The position numbers and the translations under genes are program-made. Positions 11,252 to 24,094 of a stretch of 64,000 nucleotides of DNA are shown here, one piece after another. The first letter of the stretch is position 1. Every line of letters begins with the position of its first letter. The notes below the pieces were generated by a model that searched no databases, had not been told where the DNA came from, and saw only the letters and a list, made by a program, of their open reading frames with translations. Source of the stretch: Lingula anatina (taxonomy: Eukaryota; Animalia; Brachiopoda); assembly GCA_051362555.1 (NCBI GenBank), contig JBPQGU010000016.1, forward strand, positions 2,914,001 through 2,978,000. Direction: 5' to 3'.

Positions 11252-12169
11252 AATTTTTTTTAAATTTTTAACAACATTTTTTGATACATTTGATAAAGAA
11301 TTTGCTTCAATTCATCTTGCACCATTAAAAATATCAAAATAATAATTCAATAAAAATAATACAATTAAAATTAATATACATAATATAAAAAATATTGAAA
11401 ATTTAATAAAAAAATTATTAAAATTATCAAAATGTAAAATATGCATTACTGAAAAACCAATTCCAACTAAAATAATAGGAAACAAAATAAAAAAATCAGG
11501 CTTAGGATTAATATTGTTATTAAAAGCTGGTGCACCTATAACATTTGAAGTAGAAGTATATCTATAAATTAATATTAAAATTAATATTATTGAAATTTTA
11601 AAAATTGTTCTTTTTATAATTGAATTTGCTTGTTGAGATTCTTTTTTTGAAAAAATTAAAAATAATAATCCACCAATCATTAATCAACAAATTCATTCAC
11701 TTCCAAATAAAAATATATCATCACTTGGTGAAAATAATACAAAAAGAAATCCAACTATTGGAATTGAAATTAAAAGAAATAATATTGTTTTTTTTGATTT
11801 AAAAAATATTTCAAAATAAAAAGCAATTGTTCTAAAAGTTAAAAATACAAAAAAGAAAGAAATAATACCATCTTGTCAACTAAAAATATTTTGAAAAAAT
11901 GGATAAGTAAAAATCCGTCAATATTGATAATTATTTAAAATTAAAAATGTTTGATTAGCACCAAATAAAAAATTCATTGTCATGCCTTCATTAACAATTT
12001 CTCTAAATGGTAACATGTAAGAAATAAAATAACATATAAGATTAACAACTAATATTAAATTAAATAAAAATAAAAAAACAGGTGTTTTTTCATAATTTCT
12101 AATTCTTAAATCATCAAAAATACTATCTTTTTGTGGTTTTTTTGTAAAAATATCCAAAATTTTATTCAT
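11234..12169 (-). CDS. Rhomboid-like multi-pass membrane protein (probably inactive)
   Basis: Joined through TGA; FGANQTFLILNNYQYWRIFTYPFF resembles the rhomboid loop-1 WR motif; many TM helices. Confidence 0.55.
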
Positions 12170-12197
12170 TTTTTATTTATATTAATATAATTTTATA

Positions 12198-13070
12198 TTA
12201 TTTAAATAGTTTTTTAAAATAAATTGGTTCTAATGTTTTAAAATTATATTCTTTTTTTCAAAATTTTAATTTAAAAACTAATCTAAAAGCATGTAAATAA
12301 ATAAATTTTTTATTTTTATTCAAATTATAAAGCGAATCATTTAGAATGGGTAAACCAATAAATTTTAAATGTGCTCTGATTTGATGAGTTCTACCTGTTT
12401 CTAAATCAACTTTTAATAAACTTTTATTTTCATTTTGTGCTTTAAATTCAAAATGTGTAACAGCATTTGAACCAAAAAAAGAAACTTTAGATCTTTTGTT
12501 TTTTCCTGGTTTAACTAATGGTGCATCAACAGAAAAATATTTTTTTTCAGGAATACCATCTACAATAGCTAAATAAGTTCTTTTAATTTGTCTTTCAAAC
12601 ATCATTTTTTTAAATATATTAAAACTATTTTCATTTCTTGCAATAATAATTAAACCAGTTGTTGGTTTATCTAATCTATGAACAACACCTAAATTTTTTT
12701 TTAAAATTTCATCTCTATTTTTAAAATTTAATTTTTCTGAAATTAAATTTAATAAAGTATTTGTTTTATGTTTTGAATCTGGATGTACAGTTATTCCAAA
12801 ACCTTTATAAAGAATTAAAAAATTTTTGTTTTCATATAAAATTTTTGATATATTTGGTTTTAAAAATTCTTTTAATAATATTTCTTTATTTAAAATATAT
12901 ATTTGATCATATAATTTTAATTTATATTTAAAATCAATATTTACCTCTAAATTATTTAAAATAATTTTTTCTTTTAAAGAATTAAATTTTAAATATTTAT
13001 TTTCAATTAATTCTTTAATTGTTTTATTTTTAAATTCATATTGTACTTGTCAACCTCAATTATTAATCAT
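12198..13070 (-). CDS. rluD: RluA/RluD-family pseudouridine synthase
   Basis: GVVHRLDKPTTGL, LETGRTHQIRAH, LHAFRL; follows lspA. Confidence 0.9.
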
Positions 13071-13509
13071 TAGTTTTAATTTTTTTTAAAAAATAAAAAA
13101 ATAAATTTAAAAATATAAAACACGAAGTAGAAATTATAATAACATCTTCTAAATTAAAAACAAAATCTAAGTCTTTTAAATATCAATAATCTCTTACATA
13201 TTTATATTCTAAAAAATCATAAAAATTACTTAATATAGATGAATAAAATAAAAAAAAATATAAAAAAAATAATTTTATTTTATATAAAAAATAAAAAATA
13301 AAAAATAAAAAAGGAATAATAACTAATAAAAAAACTCTTAATTCAAAAGGAAAATTAGTAGAAAATTGTTTATTTTTTTTTATATCATTTTTCAATAAAT
13401 CTTTAATAATTTGTAAAAATAAAAAAGAGAAAAAAACAGAAAATAATATTAATATTATTTTTAAAGTTATCTTTCAATTTATGAAATATCTTTTTGACAA
13501 TCTGAACAT
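13063..13509 (-). CDS. lspA: Lipoprotein signal peptidase II (highly diverged)
   Basis: SNFYDF..YVRDYW...FVFNLEDVII matches the GNxxDR/VxD/FNxAD motifs; ileS-lspA-rluD order. Confidence 0.75.
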
Positions 13510-16271
13510 AATTTATTTTTTAAATTTTCAGAAAGTGAACGGCATCTTTCACATTTTTCTCCTATTATTTTTGTAATTTTTATTAAAAAATTATTTTTTT
13601 CATACATATGATCTTCTAATTTATTTATAAATTTAATATCATTTACTTTTAATCATTTTTTAATATCTTTATTATTTAAAAAATTATAATCAATATTATA
13701 TTTTTCATCTCTTTCAAATTTAATACCATAATATTCTTTATAAAGTTTTATGTCTTTTTCTTTTTTAAATGGTTTATATGTTTTTTTAATTAATATTGAT
13801 ACTTTTAATTCTTCAATATTTTTAATTTCATGATTTTTAATCATTTTTTCAGCAATTTGATTTAAATTCATTTTTATGTCATTTAAAATTTTAAAATTTA
13901 AAATATTATTTTTGATTTCTTCAAAATTAATATTACTTAAAATATTAGAAACAGGTCATTTTTCTAAATGAATTGATTTCTTTTTTAAAAATAAATTCAT
14001 TTTTAAATATGCTTCATCAGTAGTATGAGGTAAAATTGGTGCTAAAAGTATTAAAATATTTTTTAAAATTATATAAAAAACTGTTTGTATTTTTCTTCTT
14101 CTATTAAAATTTGGTTTTCTAAAATATAATATTTTTTTAGTAAAATCTAAATAATTATTTGATAAATCAAAAACTAAAAAGAAAAATATTTTTTTTCATG
14201 AAATATAAAATTTTTGTTTAAAAAATTCTTTTGTAGTATCAAAAATTATATTTTCTAATCTAAATAAAATTAACTTATCTATTGTTTCTAATTCATCTAA
14301 AGAAACAATATCTTTTTCTGGTTCAAAATCTACTAAATTATTTAATAAAAATCTTATTGTATTTCTAAATTTAATATAATCTTTACTAATTTTTTCTAAT
14401 AATTTATTTCCTATATTAATATCATTAAAAAAATTTGAAGAAGCAATTCATAATCTTAAAACATCTGCTCCATATGTTTTGCAAATATTATTTGGATCAA
14501 TTACATTTCCTAAACTTTTTGACATTTTATTTCCATTTTCATCATTTACAAAACCATGTACCATAATATTTTTATGAGTATTTGTATTATTTAATGCAGA
14601 ATTAATTAAAATTGTTGAATTAAATCAACCTCTAAATTGATCATTTCCTTCACAAATAAAATCTATTTTTCTATTTGGATAAATTATATTTGAAGAACAT
14701 CCAGAATCAAATCAAACATCTAATGTATCGGTACCTTTAGAAATAATTTTATATTTATTTATTTGTTCTTTTGTAAGTATTTGATCTAAATCTTTAGTTC
14801 ATCAAAATTGATCACCATCTCTTTCAATTAATTTAACAACTTGTAAAATTAATTCTGGTTTTAAAATAGCTTCATTTTTTTCATTAATAAAATATGGAAT
14901 TGGTGTTCCTCAACTTCTTTGACGAGAAATGCATCATTCTTCTCTATTTTCAATTGATTCTTTCATTCTTTTTTTACCCCAAGATGGTATTCAATTGATA
15001 GATGAAATAATGTTTTTTGCATTATCTATGTTTTTTTTAATATCTAAATATCATTGTTTAGTAATTCTAAATATAACTGGTTTTTTTGTTCTCCAATCAT
15101 ATGGATAACTATGTTTTATATTAGAAAATTCAAATAATTTATTATTTAATTTAATTTTTTCAATAACAATTTCTTCACTATCTTCATAAAATTTTCCAAT
15201 TAGTTCTTTATCAGTTGATTTTTCATTAAAAAAACCCTTTGAATTAATTGGACATTCAATTTTAATATTGATTTTTTTAGCAATTTCAAAATCTTCTATT
15301 CCAAAAGCTGGTGCATTATGTACTATTCCTGTACCTTCATTTATTACAATGAATTCTGAATCATAAACTTTTGATTTTAAATTTAAAAATGGATGTTTAT
15401 ATTCTGTTCCAATAATTTGTGAACCACTTAATTTTTTTAAAATTTTTAAATTTTTAAATTTTTTATTATTATTTTTATAATTTAAAGAACAAATATACTT
15501 TTCTTTTTCAAATTCAACTAATACATATTCTTTACTACTTGAAACAGTTAAAAATTTATTTTCTGGAATTGTTCATGGAGTTGTTGTTCAAACCAAAAAA
15601 TTAGCATCTTTTAATTCATTAATTATAGAATTTAAAACCTTAAATTTAATAAAAATAGATTTTGATATCTTATCTTTATAAATTATTTCATTTTCTGCTA
15701 ATGCTGTTTGACTTGATCATGATCAATAAATAGGTCTAAATTTTCTATAAATTAAATCTTTTAAAACTAATTTATATAAAATATATAATTGTTTTGAAAC
15801 ATATTCTTTATCTGAAGTAGTATATTTTTTTTTAAAATCTATTAATAAATTTAATCTTTCAAATTGTAAGAGTTGTTTTTGAATTTGTGAATTTGCATAT
15901 TTTAAACAAATTTCTCTAAATATATGTGTTTTTTCTTTTCCTTTTAAATTTGGATTATTCTTTATAACTGCAGCAGCAATTGGTAAACCATGTGTATCTC
16001 AACCAGGAATATATTCAACAGAATATCCATTTAATGAATGAAATCTAAAACAAAAATCTTTAATAATTTTATTAAGTGCATGACCTATATGAATGTTACC
16101 ATTTGCATATGGTGGTCCACTATGGAAAATAAATTCTTTTTCTTTATTTTCATTTACTAATTTTAATAAATTAATATCTTTTCATCTTTTTTTTGAAATT
16201 AATTCATTTTCTTTTAAATTTGCTCTCAATTTAAATTTAGATTCAAAAATATTTAAAGTTTTTTTATACAT
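13479..16271 (-). CDS. ileS: Isoleucine--tRNA ligase
   Basis: [56 protein letters not shown]-terminal CERC..CSDC zinc finger. Confidence 0.97.
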
Positions 16272-16279
16272 ATATTTTT

Positions 16280-16555
16280 TTAAGATATTGAAAAACAATA
16301 ACCATGTTTTTTAATTTTTTTAATTTTACCATTATAAACAAATAAAATCCCACTTAAAAAATCAATAATTCTTCTTCTTTCTTTTTGTTCTAAATTATCA
16401 AGAAAAACACAAATTTTTTTTTCTTTTAATAAAATTTCTGCAATTTGTTTTGTATCCATATAAGATTCAGGAAAAACTTCTCTAATTGAAGTTATACCTG
16501 TTCTATTTTTTTGAAAATCTTTTTTTTCTTCTTTCTTTTTAAAAAAATTAAACAT
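16280..16555 (-). CDS. sepF: Cell division protein SepF
   Basis: PESYMDTKQIA...RRRIIDFLSG..F...G; downstream of ftsZ. Confidence 0.88.
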   Translation of the reverse strand: MFNFFKKKEEKKDFQKNRTGITSIREVFPESYMDTKQIAEILLKEKKICVFLDNLEQKERRRIIDFLSGILFVYNGKIKKIKKHGYCFSIS

Positions 16556-16560
16556 AATCT

Positions 16561-17688
16561 TTACATAAATGGCGGAATGTCATCTTCATTATCATCATTT
16601 CCATCATCTTTATCTAATTTAGAAATATTTTCATTTTCTTTTTTATATAAATCATCTTCATTATTAAAAATATTATTTTTTTCTTTTTCTAATTCTTTTA
16701 TTTTAGTTTTTTTTGAAATATTTTCTAAATTAGCATATTTTATTTCATTTTCATCAAAATCAATTGCAATTAAAGAAATGATCATTTTTTCTTTTAATTC
16801 TTTATTCATTTTTTGACCAAACATTAAATCAACATCACCACCAGATTTTTCTTTTATAAAATCCATAGCTCTATTTATATCAATTAAATTTGTTTTATCT
16901 CCTGTTAAAACAAATATAATTGCTTTTTTTGATCCTTTAATAGATGCCTCTAAAAATTTGCAACTTGTTGCAAGTCTTGCAGCAGCAATTGCTTTACCAT
17001 TACCTTCAGCTATTCCATAACCAAAAAATGTATTTTTTGCATCTTTTAATAATCTTTTAACATCTGCAAAATCTAAATTAATATTTGCTGGTGAAATAAT
17101 AATATCAGTAAAAGTATCTACAACATTTTTAATATTTTCATTTGCAACATTAAATGCTTTATTTAATGGTATTTCTCCAAGTTCTTCTAATAATTTATCA
17201 TTTGAATAAATTATTAATGAATCTGTTTCTTTTTTTATTTCTTCAATACCTTTATTTGCATTTGCAGTTCTTAAACTACCTTCAAAAGTAAATGGTTTTG
17301 TAACTATACAAACAACTAAAATACCAATTTCTTTTGCAATTCTTGCAATTACTGGAGTTGCTCCTGTACCTGTACCACCACCTAAACCACAAATTAAAAA
17401 TAAAAGATCTGTACCTTCAAGATGTTTTTTAATATCTGAAATTGATTCTTCTGCTGCTTTTTTACCAGCAATCATATCTGAACCGGCACCTAAACCTTTT
17501 AATGTCTTTGGACCTAAAAATATTTTTTCTTCTGCACTACTATTTAAAAGAGCTTGTGAATCTGTATTTGCTGCAATAAAGTTAACACTTTCTAACTCAA
17601 AATCCATAATATGATTTACTGCATTACAACCAGCACCACCTACACCTAAAACAGTTATTTTTGGAATATAATATCTACTTGTATCCAT
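16561..17688 (-). CDS. ftsZ: Cell division protein FtsZ
   Basis: GVGGAGCNAV, GLGGGTGTG, NLDFAD, C-terminal DIPPF. Confidence 0.98.
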   Translation of the reverse strand: MDTSRYYIPKITVLGVGGAGCNAVNHIMDFELESVNFIAANTDSQALLNSSAEEKIFLGPKTLKGLGAGSDMIAGKKAAEESISDIKKHLEGTDLLFLICGLGGGTGTGATPVIARIAKEIGILVVCIVTKPFTFEGSLRTANANKGIEEIKKETDSLIIYSNDKLLEELGEIPLNKAFNVANENIKNVVDTFTDIIISPANINLDFADVKRLLKDAKNTFFGYGIAEGNGKAIAAARLATSCKFLEASIKGSKKAIIFVLTGDKTNLIDINRAMDFIKEKSGGDVDLMFGQKMNKELKEKMIISLIAIDFDENEIKYANLENISKKTKIKELEKEKNNIFNNEDDLYKKENENISKLDKDDGNDDNEDDIPPFM

Positions 17689-17703
17689 AATTAAATTATT
17701 AAA

Positions 17704-18849
17704 TTAATTATATATAATTTTGTTCTTTAAATGATGGTAATAAGCATTACCAATTAAAAAAGAATCATTATAATTTTTTATACCAACAAATAATGGGTTA
17801 TGTTTTTTAAATTTAATGTTTTCAAAAGTTGCTTCAAGCATTTCAAAAATACCACTAATATTTGTAATATCATTAATTAAAAATCAAACACTATTATTCT
17901 TCTTTTCATCATATAACTTTGAATTAATTTTACTAAATACTGATTGAAAATAATTAATAAAAGCTTCTTTTAAAAAATCACTCATTTTTTTTGCTTTTTC
18001 ATCATGTGCTTCATAATAAATATCAAAAACTTTTTCCCTTTTTGGATCCAAATTTATTACATTATATAAATATTTTTTTATTATCTTAAATTCATATCCT
18101 GTTTTTTTACAAAAAATTTTTAAAAACTCATCTATGCCTTCTTTAATAGTAAAAAATTTTGTAAATACTTTATTTTCAAAATTAAAAACTTGTATTTCTT
18201 TTTCTTTTCAATTTAAAATAACAACATCTTTTTCTTTTTGTGAAAACAATAAACTAATATAAATTGCATATGGTAATAATAATGGTGGTAAAACTTGTAA
18301 TTTAAAATTTTTAAAAATATTTTCATAAAAAAATAAATTTTCTCAATTTTCATAATAAATAAAAGCATCAAATTTTAAAGAACTAACTGTTTTACCGATT
18401 GGAAAATAATCATAAGATTCATTTGAATCTATTAAATAATATTTATTTATTTTAGAAAAAACAATTTCTTTTTTTTCTATATTTAATATACTTTTTTTAA
18501 AATTATCATTTAAAATTTCAAATTCTTTTAAAGTTATTTTTTTTGGTTCTCTAAAATTATAATAAAATTCTTTCTTTTTTATAACTAAATCATAAATATC
18601 AATATTGTAATAAATTTTTTGAATTTTAAAACTTAATTCATTTTCAACTTCATAAATTAATTCTTTTAAAAACTTAATTGCTTTTTTTTGATTTAAAAAA
18701 ATATTATCCTCTTCATTTTCAAGGTGTTTTTTTTTATTAAATAAAATATAAAATTGTGAAAATTCATAAACACAAACTATTAAACTTACATAGTTTTTTC
18801 TAAAATCAACTACTGAATAAATTTCTTTATTAGAAAAATTGTTTTTCAT
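17704..18849 (-). CDS. ftsA: FtsA-like cell division protein (diverged)
   Basis: ~381-aa frame via TGA between rsmH and ftsZ; N-terminal YSVVDFRKNYVSLIV resembles the FtsA first strand. Confidence 0.65.
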
Positions 18850-18852
18850 AAT

Positions 18853-19737
18853 TTATATTTTTTCTACAATTCTTAATTTTGCACTTCTAGCTTGTCTATT
18901 ATTTAAAATTTCTATTTTTGTTGGAATAATTGGTTTCTTTGTTATTATTTTAATATTTTTAGAAGAATTAAACACATTTTTAACAATTCTATCTTCTATT
19001 GAATGATATGAAATTACTAATATTTTCCCACCAATATTTAATAAATCAATTGATTTTTTTAAAGATTCTTCTAAAACAACAAATTCATTATTTACTGCAA
19101 TTCTTAGTGCTTGAAAAATTTTTCTTCCTGGATGTTTTTTTAATAAAACTTTTTTTGGTAAAGATAATTTTAAAATATTTATTAATTCTTCAGTTGTTTT
19201 TATTGGTTTTTCATTTCTTTTTTTAATAATATTTGTTACAATTTTATTAGAAAATTCTTGTTCACCATATTCTTTAAAAATTTTATTTAATTCTTCTTTA
19301 GAATATTCATTAATTATTTTTTCAGCAGTTAAAAATTGGTTTTGATCCATTCTCATATCTAATTTATTACTATTTTTATAACTAAAACCTCTATTTTTAG
19401 AATACATTTGATGAGCAACAAATCCTAAATCATAAAAAATTCTATCTACTTTATAAATGTTTTTTGAATTTAATACTTCTTTTATATTTAAAAAATTAGT
19501 TTTTATAAACTCATAATTTTTATTTTTAAATTGATTTTTAAAATTCTTATTTGATATTTCTATACTTTCTTCATCTTGATCAAATCCATATAAAAAAGAA
19601 CCATCTTTTGAATTTTTTAAAATAGAAAAAGCATGTCCTCCTTGTCCTAATGTACAATCAACATAAATTGCTTTTTTACAAGAAATTATATTTTCAATAA
19701 CTTCTTTTAAAAGTACAGAAATGTGTTTTTTAAACAT
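18853..19737 (-). CDS. rsmH: 16S rRNA m4C1402 methyltransferase
   Basis: HISVLLKE, DCTLGQGGH, RGFSY..LDMRMD, FQALRIAVNNE, ISYHSIEDRIVK, RSAKLR. Confidence 0.97.
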   Translation of the reverse strand: MFKKHISVLLKEVIENIISCKKAIYVDCTLGQGGHAFSILKNSKDGSFLYGFDQDEESIEISNKNFKNQFKNKNYEFIKTNFLNIKEVLNSKNIYKVDRIFYDLGFVAHQMYSKNRGFSYKNSNKLDMRMDQNQFLTAEKIINEYSKEELNKIFKEYGEQEFSNKIVTNIIKKRNEKPIKTTEELINILKLSLPKKVLLKKHPGRKIFQALRIAVNNEFVVLEESLKKSIDLLNIGGKILVISYHSIEDRIVKNVFNSSKNIKIITKKPIIPTKIEILNNRQARSAKLRIVEKI

Positions 19738-19926
19738 CTATTTATTTTTTGTTTTTACTTTAATTATTGATTCACCTTTAAAGAAACCGCATTTTTTACA
19801 TACAATATGCATTTTCTTTTTAATTGCACAATTAGTACAATTTACTAAACTTGTTTCTCTTAAAAAATCATGTGATCTTCTAGAACGTTTTTTTTGTTTC
19901 GATGTTCGATGTTTTGGAACTGCCAT
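19738..19926 (-). CDS. rpmF: 50S ribosomal protein L32
   Basis: MAVPKHRTSKQKKRSRRSH...CTNC..HIVCKKCG. Confidence 0.97.
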   Translation of the reverse strand: MAVPKHRTSKQKKRSRRSHDFLRETSLVNCTNCAIKKKMHIVCKKCGFFKGESIIKVKTKNK

Positions 19927-20170
19927 AATATTTTATTTTAATATATATTATACAACAAAAATATTTAACAATATATAAAGTAAAATTATTTTTTGTATAT
20001 ATAAAAATTAATATTTTATAATAAATTTTTTAAAATTATTTTAAAATTTTAAATTATCAATATCATTTCATAATATTTTTTAAAAAAATTATATTTTATT
20101 TTTATTTTTTTTACAATTAAAATACTTATTCTAAAAAATTTTTTTATGTTTTTTATTCTTATACTTTAAT

Positions 20171-23146
20171 CTATCTTTTCAATAAACTTATTGTATTTAC
20201 TTTTTCTTTTTTTATTTTTATTTTGTTTTCTTCTTCTATTATTGGACCCATATGTTGTTTATTTTTTTTTCATAAATAAAATAATGTTCCCCTATGATTA
20301 TAAGCAATGTTTTTAACCCTTACACCATAAAAAACAAAAAGTTCTCAAAACAAATCTTGAACTTGTTTATAATTTTTTGCATTTTTAAAGCTTGTTAAAT
20401 AATGTGTTATTTTATTTTCAAACAAAGTATCTACATATTTTAATGTTTGTTTTAATGACAAAAACTTATTGAATCTTGCTTCATCAAATAATACATATTC
20501 TCTTAAAAATCAACCAAATCATTCAATTTCATTATGAGTTACAGAATTAATACATGAAATTGAAGAATACTCATTAAAATTTCCATATTTATCTATAAAA
20601 ACTTTATTATAATTAAATATTTCATTTTCTGGTTTTGATTTAATTTTTTCTCAAAAAATTTGTGTTGGTTTATTTCAAGATTTAATAACTTGTCTTTTAT
20701 ATCTAGATAATATTTGAGTTCATTTTTCTTTTTTTAATAATTTTGTTTTCAATTGTTTTATTTTTTCATTTAATTTAGATATTTGATTTTTTGTTTGTAA
20801 AATTTTAGAATCTAAGTTTGAAATTTCACTTGCTTTTTGAGAAATTTGAGCATTTAAATCTGAAATTTCAAAATCTAATATTTCTTTTTTTATTCTTAAA
20901 ATTTCTAATTCTTCATTTTTAATTTCTAATAAAGAATTAACTTCTTTTAATTTATTTTCTTTTTCTTGTATTTGAGTTTTTAAATTAGAAATTAATTTTT
21001 CATTTTTATCAATTTCATTTTGTTTTTTTATTAATTGATCTGATAATTTTTGTTTTTTAACTTTATTTGTTTCTAAATATTGTTTTATATTATTAAAATC
21101 TATGTTTTTTTTAGATAAAACTTCTTCTAATTCTTTAATATTATTATTTAAATTTAAAATTTGTTCTTGTTTTTGTAAATTTTGTTCTTTTAATTCTTTA
21201 ATATTATATGAAATTTCTTTAATTTGTTCAGTTTTTAATGTAATTTCATTTTGTAAGTTTGAAATTTGAAAATCTTTTTTTAAAATTAATGTATTTTTTC
21301 TCTTAATGTCAGATTCTAAATTTGAAATTTCTGTTTTTATTTGTGATTTTTTATTAATTAAATTAGAAATTTTTATTAAATTTTCTTTAATAATATTTTT
21401 ATTTTCTTTAATTTGATTATTTTTAGAAATTATATTTCTTGCTAATTTACAATCAAAAATTTCTTTTTTTGAAATTTCATTCAATAAATTTTCTTTTTGA
21501 ATTTGTTTTTCAATGATTTTTTTATCTAAAACATCTTTTCTTTCTTTTAAATTATTAAATTCATAATTTAAAATAAAGATTTTTTGTGTTTTTTCTTCTA
21601 ATTGAGATTTTAAATCATCAATTGAATTTTTTAAATCTTGTTTTTCTAAATTTAATTTGTCTAAATCAGAAATTTGTTTTTCAATTTTTTCTAGTTTTTT
21701 TTGTTTTGTTAATAATTCTTTATTTAGCTTTTGTAATTTTTCTTTTTGTTTTGAGTATTGTTTTTTATATTTTTCTGATTCTTTATTTAATTCTATTTCT
21801 TTTTTTAATAATTTTAATATTTCTTTATTTAATATAAAAGCATTTATTTCTTTTTCAATTTGTGTTTTAAAACTATTTTCAAATTTTAATTGATTTTTCA
21901 AAAATTCAATTGCTTCACCACAAATTTTTATTTTTTCATCAATATCAATATTTGAATTTGTTGATGTTAAAAACATATAGTTAACTATATTTAAATCATG
22001 ATCTTTTAAAAATATTTTTGTAAACTTTAAAATTTCTGAATGTGTAACTGTTTTTGTTAATAAAAATATTTTGTTTAATTTAAAAATCTCTTCTTTTTTT
22101 AAATTTAAAGATTTTATAATTTCTTTAATTTTTATCATTGAATTATCAAAAAACATATTTTTAAATTTTTGATTTATTATTCTTTGTTTTATTTTTTTTT
22201 TATTTAAAAAAATAATATTTTTAGAAATTTTATATAGTCCTTGTAAAATATTTTGTTTAAAATATTCTTTATTTGTTGTAAGTTTTTTGTTATCTTCTAT
22301 AATTTTTGTTAATAATTCTGTTTTATATTTTTTTTCTCAAACCTTTTTTACATAGTCAACAAAATTAGAAATTTCTTTTTTTGTTTTTAATACATCAAAT
22401 GTGTTGTGTTTAATTATTTTGGCAATTGTAAGAATAAATTGTGTTACTGCAAATACTGAAGCAACTTTAGGAATCGGGTTCAAAGATAAAACACTTAAAC
22501 TTGTATCAATATGATGATCAATTTGTTTATTTCCAAACAAGCTTGTTATATCCAAAACTTTTTTATTAAATTGTTCAATAATTAACTCTAATGATGAAGT
22601 TTTTTCTCTAAGTGAATCTTTTAATTTTGAAATTTCAGATTTATTATCAGATATTGTTTTACAATTTTCTATTGATTGTTTTCATAAATTAAAATTTTTT
22701 TCAATTTCCAAAAAATAAAATTTAAATTCATTTTGATTTTGTAAAATCTTTAAATTGTCTTTTTGATTTTTTAAATCTTTTTCTTTTTTATTTCATTTAT
22801 TTTCTATTATTAATAACTTTTTTTTATATAAATCTAATTGTTTTTGATATTTTATTTCTATTTCATTAATTTTTTTATTACATTTTTTATTAATTTCTTT
22901 TATTAAATTGAATAAAATATCATTAATTTTTTGTATTTTTTCAGATTCAGATAAATTTTCATTATAAGTAATATTTTTAATATCCTCAAAACTTGTATTA
23001 TTCATAATATTAAAATTAGAAAAAAATGAACTTTTATTTTTTTATTTTTTTTTATTGAAAAAATATATTTCTTTTAATATATTATTTTTAAATAATAAAG
23101 AAAAAGAAAAAATACAAAATAATTTTTTTATTTTTAACTTTTTCAT
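20171..23146 (-). CDS. Large secreted coiled-coil protein with variable C-terminal domain, copy B2 (~990 codons; in-frame TAA at 23042-23044)
   Basis: MKKLKIKKLFCIFSFSLLF signal-like start; supplied ORFs at 22793, 22337 and 20720 are one frame via TGA; C-terminus VIKSWNKPTQIFW...LFWELFVFYGVRVKNIAY; TAG at 20171. Confidence 0.8.
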
Positions 23147-23190
23147 TAAAATTATTTTTTTATATTTTACAATAAAATATATATCATCAA

Positions 23191-23220
23191 AAAAATTATA
23201 TAACTAAAATCTTATAAAAA
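23191..23220 (-). promoter_or_regulatory. Putative promoter of B2 (TATAAT -10 box), identical to 30861-30890
   Basis: 30-bp perfect duplicate (TTTTTATAAGATTTTAGTTATATAATTTTT on - strand) ~45 bp upstream of the ATG. Confidence 0.6.
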
Positions 23221-23412
23221 AATAAGGTTTAGAATTCTATTTTAAAAAACAAAAATTTATTATTTATAAATTAATTTAAAAATTTTTCTATTCTTCTATA
23301 AATTATTATAGTTTTTTTCTTTTTTTTATACATTTAATATAATGTGTTGTATTAATTATTAACAACAAAAATATTGAATAATTTAAAATATTTTATAAAA
23401 AAATATAATTTT

Positions 23413-24038
23413 TTATAATCATTCTTTAATATAATTGTTTGGAATTTCTTTATGTCCATTTTTTGCAAATCATTCTTTATATAATTCATCGTAAATCACT
23501 CTTCTAAAATTTCTCTTTTCATTTTTTTCTTCAACACAAGCAACAATACTTAAAACATTAATATCAGGTCATTTTTTTTGTAATATTTTTTCATATTTTT
23601 TTGAAATTCTTAAATCTGCTTCGCTTGGGAATAAATCAAAAATAGAATCATCATCAAGGTGGTTGTGAATTAATAAAACTTTTTCTTTGTTTTCATTTTC
23701 AAGTTTTTCTATTATTTCATTAATATTAGAGGCATATACTCGTGTTGGGTGTTTGTCTGTTCTACAAATTATTTTTTTTAAAGAAAAATCTTTATTAACA
23801 ACAAAAACCATATAATATTCATATTTTTTATGTTCTAATTTTTTAAATTCATTTAATATAAATTCTTTTTCTTTTTGTGTTAAAATTTTTTCTGTTGATA
23901 AAATTCTAGGTTTAATTGGTGGTTTTGGTGGTTTTGGTGGTTCATATATTGAAAAAAAAGACCAAAACCAATTATTAGAATTGAAATTAAAATAAAAAGT
24001 TTGTATTTATGTTTTTTTATTTTATTAAAAATTTTCAT
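23413..24038 (-). CDS. Membrane-anchored JAB/MPN+ (JAMM) domain protein, copy J2 (1-nt frameshift in A8 at 23952-23959)
   Basis: MKIFNKIKKHKYKLFILISILIIGFG TM helix, PPKPPKPP linker, KYEYYMVF, LLIHNHLDDDSIFDLFPSEADLR (HxH..PSxxD). Confidence 0.78.
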
Positions 24039-24094
24039 ATAAATCCATTTTATATTTTTTTATTTTATAAAAATTTTCATATATATTTAACATT

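Noticed and set aside
23221-23333. Small ORF MYKKKKKTIIIYRRIEKFLN upstream of B2
   Set aside because: 20 codons, low complexity; better explained as decayed sequence related to the gene A 3' end and promoter region.
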